NCBI GenBank assembly: GCA_964016885.1
Contig: OZ024740.1
Span: 121,830,001-121,894,000 of the forward strand
Source: Eledone cirrhosa
Lineage: Eukaryota
Direction of reading: 5' to 3'
DNA: 64,000 bases
Each line of letters starts with the position of its first letter. Within the stretch, counting starts at the first letter, position 1. Shown one piece after another: positions 46,030 to 58,793 of this stretch. The notes beneath the pieces are model-generated. The model saw only the letters and a list, made by a program, of their open reading frames with translations, made no database searches and had not been told where the DNA came from. Position numbers and translations under genes: made by a program.

Positions 46030-47222
46030 TCTATTGATGGTATACAAGCTCCTACATAAATTTGTATAATTTAACCCACATTGTAGGAATCCTATAATGA
46101 AACGAGACGTCCGTCTGGGAAGAGATACATTCGATATGTCTCATATGAAATAATACGGCCAATTTTCCACGCAATACTTTTAGTTAGCACCCCGAACGCA
46201 TATAATCACTTATTTCCTAATGGTTGTTGAGTGAGTTGGAATTTGGCCGGAGTATCGCTAAAAAGCTTTCTCCGATATTGTATTTATATATATATATATA
46301 TTTACATAAATATGGATGTCTATATAGTATGTAATCAAGTACGTATAATAAGGGTATGTGTGTATATATGTATGTATGCCTAAGTTGAATCGGATGTAGT
46401 GGATATTGCACAAGAGGACCCAGAAACTACAGTGAGTTTAGAATTTAAATTATATACATTTTAATTGTCATGATTTAGTGTGTAATATTCTCTGAGCCTA
46501 TGAAGAATTCTTAATAGTGAATTTTAACATTTAATGCAGACTTTACATTTTAAACTGTATGTGTCATTTCAGCACATGTAGTATTTCACAAAATGTAAAG
46601 TTGTGGTAAAGCATTAGATTTAGAAGACACTTGCTCTGTAACTGCTGAAGCTGCTACCTTCTTTAAACATTCGACGGTAATTGATTTTTCGACAAAAGAA
46701 CTAACATATAATGAAACCTTAATATTTCTTCCTCTGTTCTTCTTTCTTGTTTTATTCAATACTAAAATGTTATCTTAGAAAGTTGATGTATTTACCAATG
46801 ACGGTTAGGGTGAAAATATGTTTGTTTATTTTTGCTGATGTTATTGTTTTACCTGTTTATTCAAGTAAAACTAGTACAAACAAACATACAGTCACATACA
46901 CACACAGACACACATACAAACACACTCACACATACACACACATATATACAATATATATATATAAACTGTGGGGGATCGGATCTAAATATATTGGTTGCCA
47001 GGAGATGAAGGGGACCCACCTACATATAGAAAACTATCATTTAATTTTTATAATGAATAAATAGCATTTTCAAAAACAAAAATAAATAAATAAGTGGAAA
47101 CAAAATATTGTAATCAAATTGTTTGGGAAAAAATATCTTACCTTCTCAAATAAAAATATTATGTATTTTGCGAAATCCAGAGACTTTCAATAATGACATT
47201 TGTTCGCTCAAAGTCACTCACT

Positions 47223-47290
<68 letters not shown>

Positions 47291-47385
47291 GAGTGTGTAC
47301 ATGTACATGTGTATATATAGATTTATATATATGTATACATAACATGTTTTCAACTTGGTATCTAATTAACATTGTATATATGTAT

Positions 47386-47461
<76 letters not shown>

Positions 47462-47849
47462 GCTTGTGTATGTATGTGTGTATCTATATATGCATGTTTG
47501 CATGCATGAATGAATATACTAAGCTTTAAAAATTAGTAGAAGTAAAACCACCCATTCCACCTAATTGCATTATCATATATTTTGGTTCCTATTAATTCCA
47601 TGGAGAAGTGGTTGGCCGAAAGCTTTGCCTAATTGTTTTATTTATTTATTTTTTTAAATTTTATTATTTCTCTTAGACTTCAGGTTATTTTGAAAGCTAA
47701 GCATTGGCCCTTGCAATGCTAGTGCTGGTACCTACAATGCAACCACTGACCCCCTGGGGACCAGTTGCCATTTTACAACCTGGCCAGCCCGCCACTGCAT
47801 GTATATATATATATATATATATATATACATACATATATATTTATATACA

Positions 47850-47881
<32 letters not shown>

Positions 47882-48401
47882 CATACATACACACATATAT
47901 ATATATTATTTGTTTCTTAAAATAGAACGTTTCAGTTTTTTTCTATGGTTGTAAAAGAGAAACTTCACATATACCTCTCGACCTGGATTGAAGTCAAGAC
48001 CAGGATCTTCAACGTCTCTAGTGCGTACTGTTACGCCACTGAGACAGCTACGAAGATGTATTGAAAATTCATACCTATAAACTTACTTTCGAAATATTTA
48101 ATACAAGATGGTGTGGTGTCGTTCATGTATTTCTTAATGTTATTTTTCCTACTTAAGTTCGACTTGTAAATCATTTGGGCATTCCATAAACTATATCTTC
48201 GTTATGTTTCTCATCTAAATATAGTCTAGATTCAGGACTATAATTTCACAGTAATTCATGTTTTATTTCTCTTGCACCTAATTTCTCCCCCACCTCTCTA
48301 TTTCTCTCTGTGATATTTGAATCTACTATGATATGGTCTTACTTTATTCATATATATGTGGTTTTGCATGTCAGTTAGTTTTCAAACTTGCGATGATTGG
48401 C

Positions 48402-48446
<45 letters not shown>

Positions 48447-48449
<3 letters not shown>

Positions 48450-48792
48450 CAAGGTTTAGTAAATAAGAAAAAGTTTCAAAATTAATTTCAAAAAATTCAC
48501 TGTACTTACTATGGTTAACTTTACCGTATCGGTTTCGAGTCTCAGGAATAAATGGAAAGTCCTTACGGGCTTCCATTGAAAATATAAACTCTCGCCAGAA
48601 GGTTCTTTTCAACCGGAGAATATAAAATTCCCGAGTTCAAATTACGAACTAGCGCTATTCAAAATAGTTCCCGAGATGAGAATGAATGATGTGGAAGCAA
48701 TTCTGTCCAGTGCCGAGTGGAAGGATAGAGGCAGAGGCAGGGAGGTCAATCTACTACCACTATAAATAGCAGCAGTCAAACGACCAGATTTC
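48447..48792 (-). mobile_element. Diverged copy of the 490-bp HHR repeat family; HHR at 48517-48603
   Basis: Reverse complement: ACCTT-CTGGCGA-GAGT...ACTC-GAAA-CCGATACGG-TA-AAGTT, abutting (TA)n. Confidence 0.78.
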
Positions 48793-48794
48793 AT

Positions 48795-51700
48795 CGTTTC
48801 GGCCAGTATTGGCCCAGGCCTTGTCTAACTTAATAGCACCACCTGGCGAAGTCTTACAAATCAGGGTTTGGGGACCATGTCCTACATGAGCAGAGTTATT
48901 GTTTACAGAGACATATCCGGGTGTAGGAGTCTTCTCCGGAATTTCTTGAACGAATTTGTCCAAAGACCTTTTGAACTTGATGGGGTCTGTTTCTGTTTTG
49001 ATGTGTTTTGGTGTAATGTTAAAGAGAGCAGGGCCAATTGATGTGAACTAATTGTGCCGTAATGTTGTTAAGAGATGCGAGTGAGATTTTTGTCGTGAGC
49101 GGATAGCACGGGGCCCAAGCCTTGGGTGTTTATTAAAGGTGATGCCAACATCATTTGGGCAAAGCTGTTGGAATATTTTCCACATCATTCAGATAATATA
49201 GCGCTTACACGCGACGTTGGAGAGAATAAAGATTGAGCTTTTCTAATTGACACCAATAGTCAAGGTTTGTCATGCCATCTATCTTTTCTGTAATCGATTT
49301 TGGGGTGCTTCAAATTTCATGATACTTCGTTTCGTATGGGAGACCACAGTGGACAACATTATTCAAGGTGCAGTCGGGCAAAAGTGGAGAAGAGAAGGAT
49401 AAAAGTGTGGATATATCTCGACTGGAAGTTTATGAGAATCCAGGAAAACATTCTGTGGGTCTTGACAACTTTGCTGTTTATATGAGTGGCCCAGCTTATG
49501 TAGTTGTCCACAATTACTTCTAGGTCTCTGATGTTGTTGGATGCCACTAGAGTTTCACCCGAAGGAAGAGAGTATGGTAGTTTCAGGGCATCCTTTTTTT
49601 TCCAAAGTGGATTAATTCAAACTTATCCTCATTCAACAGCATATTATTCTTTTCTGCCCATTGGATAACAGACAGTAGGTTTGATTGAAGGCAAGTTCAA
49701 TCAACCACCTCATTGAAGATCCTTTGGAGCTTGGAATCATCTGAGAAGATTCTTATGTTACTGTGCTTGATGATTTCAGTGATGTCATTAATGTTGATGT
49801 AGTGCCCTCCTGACTTTGGCAGGGCTTGATTTTACTCCTTCGACTACAACATGTTGGGTTCTGTTTGTCAAGAAACATTTGTTCCACTGTAGTAACTTTC
49901 CAGAGACACCAATATTGGATAGTTTTTTCAGCAGAATCTAATGATCAACCCTGTCAAAGGCCTTGCTGAAATCAAGGTAGATGACATCAGTTTTGGAGCC
50001 CTCTCCCAAGGCTCTCAAAACAAAGTGATGCTTGAGCTGCGTTAGGCAGTCCCTTCCGTTACGGAACCCATGTTGGTTGGAGTTCAGCAGGACGTTGCTT
50101 TCAAGAAAGTGGGTTATTCGTGAACTCACCACCCTCTCAAATACCTTAATAATATAAGAGGTGAGTGAGATCGTACGGTAGTTCACTACAAGGGAATTAT
50201 TTCCCTTTTTGAAGACTAGGACAACGGACTGGGACAGAAAGTTTTCAGGAATATAGTCAGTACCCTGTAAGTTCCTCCACAGATTAGCAAGAGGAGATGG
50301 AAGTTGGTGTCGACACACCTTCAGGACACAAGCAGGGAACCTTTTGCAGCCTACTGCTGAATAGTGTTTAGATTTCGTTTATTGCCGCTAAGACATAAGG
50401 GGAACCAAACTTTATGTCCGTTATAGTGTGTTGGGATTAACATCACTGATACAGCCCAGATCGGCCATATCAGGATTGCTGAAAAGGGAGCAGTATTGTT
50501 TCTGCAGTATCTCGCCTATGGTTTTGGCATTATCTTGGTGTGTGCCATTTTTATCAACTAGAGGGCCAGCAGTGGAGACAGTGACCTTGTGCTTTCTAGC
50601 AAATGAAACGGACATTTTGAGGTTGAGTTTGATTTTCTCAATGGCCCACATCTCTTCAGATGTTGTCTGGTTATTGATGATGGTCTTCATGCATTGTTGG
50701 AGGTTATATTGTTTGGATTCAAGCAGGGCGATAGTCGTCGAATGTGTGTTAATGTCGGCAGTATTTTAGTGTGTTAATGTTTTTGTTTGTTCCTTTTACT
50801 TTTCTGACAATTGTTTATCTGTTTTGGGGGATACTGCTCTTAGTTTTGTTCACAGATTTTGGTGGGGTGGGTTTTGTACATATATGTGACAGTGTCTACA
50901 AAGATCTGCCAAGATGTTTTGATGTTGGTGGAAATGTGTGTGTGTGTAAATGACGAGTCAACCTGTGATAGTTCGTTCATAATTGCATTCCAGTTGGCAT
51001 TGTAGAGATCCATGTTATAACATGGATGGTCAGGAAAGAGGTCCCTAGGATTAGCTTTGGGCTGGTAGAATCTCAGGTTACAAAGATCCATGTCATGGTC
51101 TCAGAGAAGCGTTTTTTCCACTGTAATATTATGTATAGTGTTAGTGTGGTTACTAAACACTAGATCCAGAATGTTATTCTGATGCCTTGTTGGTGCAAGG
51201 ACAAGTTTGGACAAGAAAAACACATTCATGAAGTAAGAAGTGACTCGTCTCCTTCTTTGTCAGCGGTTGAGGCTGTGGAGCCTGGTTTCAAACTGCTTGT
51301 AGACCAATCGACAAAGGGTAGAGTAAAGTCTCACATCAAAAGTATGTTGCTAGAACGGCACTGTTTAATAAAGTATTTAATGCTGTTCAGGCATGCTTTG
51401 AACCACATTATGGGTGTTTTATGGTGGCCTATAGAGCCCAACTAATATCAATCATTGGCTTTGTTGTGCACAGTGACTGATTTACAGTAGCCATTGGAGA
51501 ATGTTTTATTACCCTCTGCTGTAAAGGAATCATGCAGGAAAATGGCAGTTCCACCCTTCCTTCAGCGAACACGATCTGCGCGGAAGGTTGTGAAATTTCT
51601 CACATTTACTTCGGCTTCCAAGTGGGAGTTGTCAAGGTGGGTCTCAGTAAGAATGAAGAAGGAGATCTGAAATGTATGGTTACCAACCCAATCCTCAATG

Positions 51701-53400
51701 ACTTTGATCTTCCAATTCTGTGCATTGATGGATCGGCAGATACCTTGTGTATTGAGTAAAAATGTGAAGGCTAGTGTGGTGGCTGGTTTTGACTGTTGCA
51801 GGCGTCTTGTTTTGAGATTGTGTGTTAGTGACAGCAAGGATGGTGTTGGGTGATGGCTAAAATGTTCTTTTTTATCTCTTTTGCCAGGTTCAAGGCTAAA
51901 AAAGAACTCTTTTCTTGTTCAGGGAGCAGATTTTGATTGGATTTGTGGTTACACCATTGGATAGGGTTGCAGTTCCCTATTTTTTTGTTGTTGTTGTTGT
52001 ATTTGTTGTAATTGTGTCTTTGTGAAAAGACAGAAGCAGCATTACTTTTGTTGTTGTATTTGTTGTTGTTGTAATCGTGTCTTTGTGAAAAGACTGGAGC
52101 AGCATTACGTTTGTTGTTGTTATAATCGTGTCTTTGTGAGAAGACTGGAGCAGCATTACTGCAGCAGGGGGTGGCTGTATTGTGGTTTGTGTGTTGGCAT
52201 GGAACCCCTTTTCTATTCGTGCGTTGTGTCCCAGGAAGATGAGTGAAGGGAGAGTCAGTCAGTAGACATAGTCTCTCACGTTGGGAATATCGGCAGAATT
52301 TGGGACTCCGACTTATGCGTGTGGCAGGTACATTTTGGGGTTTCTAGTTTGTGCAGTGGGGGAGGGGTGCATACAGCTCCATAGATTTTTTCTTAAGTTC
52401 TTTTGACTACAGCATGACTGTGGTGGTGATGTGGGGGAAGAAAGCAGTGGTCCATTACTGGCAGTTGATTTGGAAGAAGATGATGACGGTGGTGATGATG
52501 ATGGCGATAATGATGGCTGAGAAAGTGGTTGAGGGATACTGTCGTTCAGTAACTCAGCTATTATGCTTGAATTCATTAGTGGTGGCGGTGGTGCTGGTGG
52601 CTCCTGCTTTTCTGGCTGTTGTTGTTGTGGCTGTTGTTGCATTTGACCATTGGAGTAAATATGTCGAAGTTTTTCAAAATGGTTTTGAATTAGTTTCAAA
52701 GAGACTTCGACTTGTTTTAGTTTTTTGTGTATCAGCTTAGCAGACCTCGTGGTGAATGTTTGAGGTTTTCTTTCTGCAATCTCATTCAGACACGAGGCGT
52801 TAATATTTATTGTTTGGAACGGAGAAAACCATGTGTTTATTAAGAGGTCAATTTCATTATCAGACCGATTTCGTCTGTTGTAGGCTTGCTGGTCAGTAGT
52901 TATGCTTTATTTTTCCTTGTGTGTGTTTTAGATATTTGATATTTGATATGTGAGTGAGCCTTTGATTATTTGAAGAAACTAAATAATCGTGTCTATATAT
53001 ATATATTCTCTCTTATGGATGTGAGTTTGGGTTGTTTGAGAATGTTAATAGATTTTGGTTTTTTGATTGTTTGAAGATATTCAAGGAAAAACGAGTGTAT
53101 ATAATAATTTGTAGTTAAGAAAACGTACTTACGAATTTGTAGGAAAAGCACGTGTATTTGTATACAGATTTTTCCTTATGTAAGTGAGCCTTTGGTTATT
53201 TGAAGATATTTAAGTAGCGTACATATATATATATATTATCTTTTATGAATGTGAGATTTGGTTATTTGTTTGTTTGAGGATATTAACAGTTTTTGGTCAT
53301 TTGATTGTTTGAAGATTTTAATAGAAAAACTAGTGTATATGATAATCTGTAGTTAAGAAAACGTACTTACGACTTTGTAAAAAATGCACGAAGTTACAAA
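48795..53400 (-). mobile_element. Decayed full-length LINE (APE endonuclease + RT; CR1/L2/Jockey group)
   Basis: LLNTQGI..ILTETHLD..FRADR (APE); YRTISLTSYIIKVFER, QHGFRNGRDCLTQL, DVIYLDFSKAFDRVDH and FSDDSK (RT); RDLEVIVDNYISWATHI and FARLHLE. An ORF1-like region lies at 52200-52750. The 5' limit is uncertain. Confidence 0.88.
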
Positions 53401-53584
53401 TATATATAAATATATATGTAGTGTCAGTTAGGCTTTAAAGCTGACTAGGTAGAGACCAATAAAAACACGTATGTTCACTTCAACAGTCCACTATGATGTA
53501 CATATATATATGACAGTCGATCGACTTTCGTCAAATCGGACCAAGGGAACAACGTTTCCGTTGGTCTTTCCAATTGCTAATGCT

Positions 53585-53727
53585 ATCTATCGGTCGCAAC
53601 TCCAGGTAGAAGGAGCAACGTGAAATAAAGTGTCTTGCTAAAGGACATAACGTATCGCCCGGTCCAGGAATCGAACTCACAAGCTCACAATTGCGAATCC
53701 AATTCTCTAACCACTGAGCCACACGCC
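53585..53727 (-). mobile_element. tRNA-derived SINE family 2 (CORE-like segment); degenerate relative at ~44790-44980
   Basis: Reverse complement: GTGGCTCAGTGGTTAGA (A box), GAGTTCGATTCC (B box) and TGTCCTTTAGCAAGACACTTT. Confidence 0.75.
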
Positions 53728-53967
53728 TTCACCCACACACATACACTCACACACACGCACATACAGACACACACCCACACACATATATATATATTTACGG
53801 GATAACAAGTTATCGTTATAGGCAATCCACTTAGAGATAGTCCAGTTAGAGTGCTCTGTGTTGTGGATGGTATTAACGTATGGCTTAGTTTGACTCACCA
53901 AGACGCTTCCATAGTGATGCAGCGAGTTCACGGTGATTTCTATGTAGGTTATACCTGGAGTAATAAT

Positions 53968-54230
53968 AATTCAAGAAATAAAAGTAACATGGTTGTCTGT
54001 ACAATAAGGGCTTTATTCACAGTGCTGACAATTGTTTCTTTGATCTGGTAGGTCTAGAGTTCGCTAATCGCTAGATGTTGCGCCAATCGATCTTAACGCA
54101 TTGGAGATCGATTCACGCAACATCTAGCGATTAGCGAAGTCTAGACCTACCAGATAAAAGAAACAATTGTCAGCACTAAGAATGATGCCCTTATTGTACA
54201 GACAACCATGTTACTCTTATTTCTTGAATT
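53968..54230. repeat. ~263-bp near-perfect palindrome
   Basis: Arms of ~125 bp centred near 54098. Confidence 0.92.
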
Positions 54231-54913
54231 ATATATATATATTGGTAAAAGGAAAAGAAAATGCTGACAAATTGTTCCCAGTGAAAAATAGTTAAATTAG
54301 GAATAAGCAAAAATTAGTAATAGTATTGGTTAGTATTCAGTTTTGGTTTTAAGTCTTACTGGTTGCGCATTTCTAATGCCTTTCAGAAATAATTTTGAGA
54401 TAGAGCGCCCGTGATGTTTGCTCTAATCTGATTAGTTTTTGAAATTCTACCTGTTTTATGTAAAAAAAGTGGCTCCAGATGTATGAAAAAATTATTGTGG
54501 TCAAAACAATTTTGATTGGTCGGTAGAGGTCATGTTAATGTTAAAAATTCATTTTGCGCCAAATGTAGGTTTGTCACGGCTGATTGAGAAGTCACTGAAA
54601 AATAAGTCTTTCAAGACAAATATGTGTGTGTGTAATAGTAGTAGTAGTAAAGAGGTTCGTTGTTGTGATAATGGTCAGCAGGGATGTGTGTGCGAACCGC
54701 AGCCTGTTGACAGTTCAAATTCCTATTAAGACAAGTGTGTGTGTGTGTGTGCGCGTGTGTGTGTAGCAGAGTAATTCGTGGTAGAGGGTTGGTCAGTAGG
54801 AAGTGTCTGTACCTGTGTGGGGTATATTTAGACATGTTAAAATATATTTTTCAGCTCTTGTCTTATACGGAGAAGTGTGTGTATGTGTGTGTATGTGTGT
54901 GTGTGTGTGTGTA

Positions 54914-54951
<38 letters not shown>

Positions 54952-54961
54952 TGTGTATACA

Positions 54962-54994
<33 letters not shown>

Positions 54995-55086
54995 ATATGT
55001 GTGTGTGTGTGTGTGTGTGTGAGAATCTGTCTGTGTGTGTGGGTGGACCAGTATTTTTGTGATACTGGTAAAAATGTATATATATG

Positions 55087-55136
<50 letters not shown>

Positions 55137-55141
55137 TATAT

Positions 55142-55493
55142 ATTACACAAAGTGAAGTGTGTTACACAGTGAGATGTGTGTAACGAATTATTACGAGTGT
55201 TTTTACCGTTACAATATAGAGAACAATATCTACAGGTTAGCAATTAAATAGAAAACAAAACAATTCAGAATCAAATCTCTGGATTGGTGAAACGAAGCGA
55301 GATTCGTATCAGCAAAATATAGTTATAAGGTTTGTGATTTAAAACTCTCATCCAGAGATTTAATTCTGAATTGTTTTTTTTTCTATTTAATTGCTAACCT
55401 GTAGATATTGTTCTGTATACAGTAACGGTAAAAACACTCCTTAACAATTCTTTACACACATCTCACTGTGTAACACACTTCTCTTTGTGTAAT
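55142..55493. repeat. Foldback element, ~142-bp arms with ~65-bp spacer
   Basis: 55142-55284 is inverted relative to 55350-55493, next to (TA)n. Confidence 0.88.
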
Positions 55494-55599
55494 TTATACA
55501 TGCATTTGAGCTCAGAAGGAAATTCTCTATTTCTTCTTTGTGCTAATACTATTATTATTATTACAGTGAACTCCGGAATACTTTTAATTCCGATCTTTG

Positions 55600-55672
<73 letters not shown>

Positions 55673-55732
55673 CACTTTCACCACTAATTGATTTGACAGA
55701 TGTCTTTAACACATTGATACCAAACATTATTT

Positions 55733-55910
55733 GTGGCAGTATCGGTAGATTTGGGCGCCATTCTTGTTACCATAATTATGTCCCTTTACGACCTGAGTTC
55801 AAATCCCGCCGAGGTTAAGTTTGCCTTTCATTCTTACGTGGTAGATAAAATAAAGTACCAGTAATGTACTGGTAAGTGATGGCCTTGTGCCAAATGTATT
55901 AACCATTATT
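55733..55910 (+). mobile_element. SINE family 1 (a more divergent copy lies at ~60497-60700)
   Basis: TGGCAGTATCGGTAGA...GAGTTCAAATCCCGCCGAGG. Confidence 0.8.
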
Positions 55911-56258
55911 TGGTCAGTAGTTCGTGTGTATGTGTAAGTATATGTACGCTTGTGTGTGTGTGTCTATATGTAAGTTTGCATGCACGAATGAATACACTAA
56001 GCATTAGATTTAATAGAATATACAACCACTGATTCCAACTATTTGCACTGTCATATATTTCGCTTTCCATTACTTCCGAGGGGAATTGGTTGACGAAAAG
56101 CTTTGCTTGTTTTATTAAAAAATATATATATATTCTCTCTCTTAGGAATCAGTTATTTTTTTAAAGCAAAGCGTTGGCCTCTAAAATACTACAGTGGGCT
56201 CGGCAATGCTACCGTAGGCCCCTCCAATGCTTCCACTTGCCACTGAGCCAGTGCGCCA

Positions 56259-56315
<57 letters not shown>

Positions 56316-56320
56316 CACAC

Positions 56321-56363
<43 letters not shown>

Positions 56364-57690
56364 TTTATTTATTTAATACAATAATCACTTCTACAAGACT
56401 AGAACTGTTTTATTCGTGAGAAATCATGAGAAGCCCTGGGTCTCCTAGTGATTTATCCCGAATGAAATAGTTCTAGTCACGTAGAAGCCATTTCTATATG
56501 AAATATATATACCCTCCTATGTATTGAGTACCTTACTTACTGTGGTTACCCGCGATTGAACCCGGGATAAACATATATATATATATATTTAATACAATAA
56601 CAGAGATAGCTTAAAGCTAAACTCTGACTGGTAACCATCTCACTCAACAAACATTAGGTTATATGTTAGTATAAACCCAATTTAAGTGTTTGGGGTGCTA
56701 ATTATATGTATTATGTGGAAAGCCAGTTGTATTATTTTATGAGATATAATTAAAGTTAAAATATATCTCTCTTTCCAAACAATTGTTTCATTATAAGTTT
56801 TATACAAATTAGGAGAATGTTTCCAGTTTATGTAGAAGCCTAACATATATTCATGTAAGAATATATTTAGGTGGGTGCTTATAAATCATCAGTGGAAGCC
56901 CATTAAACTTTGATATAAGAAAAAATTCTTACCGCAGTTTAAAATCGTGTCTGCTAAGCTGCTCCCTCACGCATCGAATGACCGCCAAATTTGAAATTAC
57001 AGCAGTTTTTGACTGAGGAAGTATTATAGCGTCACGAAGCGGGAAGGGGAGACAACCAATACACGAGAAAAGAAAAAATAATAATAATATAGAAATATAT
57101 GATATCTCCTTTAGAAAGAATTCTAAGGGAGTTATCGAAATTGCCAACATTTATCACGATGATTGACACACAATCCTCTATTTTGAAGAAAATAGAAAAA
57201 CAATCTACAGACCGAAACTTATAACTGAACATATAAACACTGAAATTAAGAATTTAGCTGAAAATGCTTTGCTTGTTTTATAAAGAAAAAAAATATATTC
57301 TCTCTCTTAGGCATCAGTATTTTTTAAAGCAAATTGTTGGCCTCTAAAATACTACAGTGGACTCCGCAATGCTACCACTTGCCACTGGGCAACCTGGCAA
57401 ATGGGTCAGTCCACCAATGTATATATATATATATATATATAAACGGAAAAATTGAAACCAAATTTAATTTCCCACTCTTAGTACGGCTGTTACTTAAATA
57501 TAAGTATGTACACGTACATACATGTATTCAGCCGTACCAAGAGTGGGAAATGAAATTTCGTTTCATTTTTTCCGTTTATCGTTTTCGGTTCACCCGGACG
57601 ATTAACCCACTCGATATGCAAATTGGGCTACTCAGCCGTTCATATGCATAAGGTAAGTATATACGTTCAACAATCTGGCAGGAAGGTATA

Positions 57691-57731
57691 TGTTGCTGAC
57701 GATAGCTATTAAGCTGGAAACTAGTACAGCG
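57691..57731 (+). ncRNA. Intact minimal type I hammerhead ribozyme
   Basis: TGTTG-CTGACGA-TAGC TATTAA GCTG-GAAA-CTAG-TA-CAGCG. Confidence 0.88.
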
Positions 57732-58115
57732 TTCCTTTGTCAGTGTTCAACAAACGAGCAACGATGGTTGCTAGATACTACGGTTTAATACGGGATGTTT
57801 GTTTACAGACACACCGAGCATTATAATAAATGTTCGGTGAATCCATACGTACATATATATATGTGTACATGTATGTATATATATATATATACACACTACT
57901 GTACGTCTGCATACATGTATGTATGTACGTGTACATATTTATATTTAAGTAACAGCCGTACTAAGAGTGGGAAATGAAATTTCGTTTCATTTTTTCCGTT
58001 TATCGTTTTCAGTTCACCCGGACGATTAACCCACTCGATATGCAAATTGGGCTACTCAGCCGTTAATATGCATAAGGTAAGTATATACGTTCAACAATCT
58101 GGCAGGAATGTATAA

Positions 58116-58155
58116 GTTGCTGACGATAGCTATTAAGCTTGATACTAGTACAGCG
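58116..58155 (+). ncRNA. Second tandem hammerhead copy (GAAA mutated to GATA)
   Basis: GTTG-CTGACGA-TAGC TATTAA GCTT-GATA-CTAG-TA-CAGC. Confidence 0.65.
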
Positions 58156-58295
58156 TTCCTTTGTCAGTGTATAATAAACGAGCAACGATGGTTGCTAGAC
58201 ACTACTGCTTAATACGGGATGTTTGTTTACAAACACACCGAGCATTATAATAAATGTTCGGTGAATCCATACGTACATATATATATGTGTGCATG

Positions 58296-58377
<82 letters not shown>

Positions 58378-58425
58378 TACATACTACTGAACGTCTGTAT
58401 ACATGTATGTATGTACGTGTACATA

Positions 58426-58473
<48 letters not shown>

Positions 58474-58793
58474 ATACAATAATCGCTTCTACAAGACTAG
58501 AACTGTTTCATTTGTGAGAAATTATCAGAAGCATTGGGTCTCCTAGTGATTTATCCCGAATGAAACAGTTCTATTCCCGTAGAAGCCATTTCTATATGAA
58601 ATATATATACCCTCCTATGTATTGAGTACTTTACTTGCTGCGGTTATCCGCGATTGAACCCGGGATAAACATATATATAAATATATGGATATATAGAGAA
58701 ATATACGATATCTTCTTTAGAAAGAATTCTAAGGGAGTTATCATCGAAATTGTCAATATATATCACGATGATTGACACACAATCCTCTATTTT

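Larger units (their letters stand above)
57441..58428 (+). mobile_element. Non-coding HHR-bearing tandem dimer (424-bp period) with a short inverted 5' segment; retrozyme-like
   Basis: Units start at ~57529 and ~57953. 57441-57526 is an inverted copy of the unit junction. The element is embedded in (TA)n. Confidence 0.85.

Noticed and set aside
53640-53727. tRNA-like sequence (also ~47975-48050)
   Set aside because: It has A/B boxes but no complete cloverleaf; interpreted as SINE heads.
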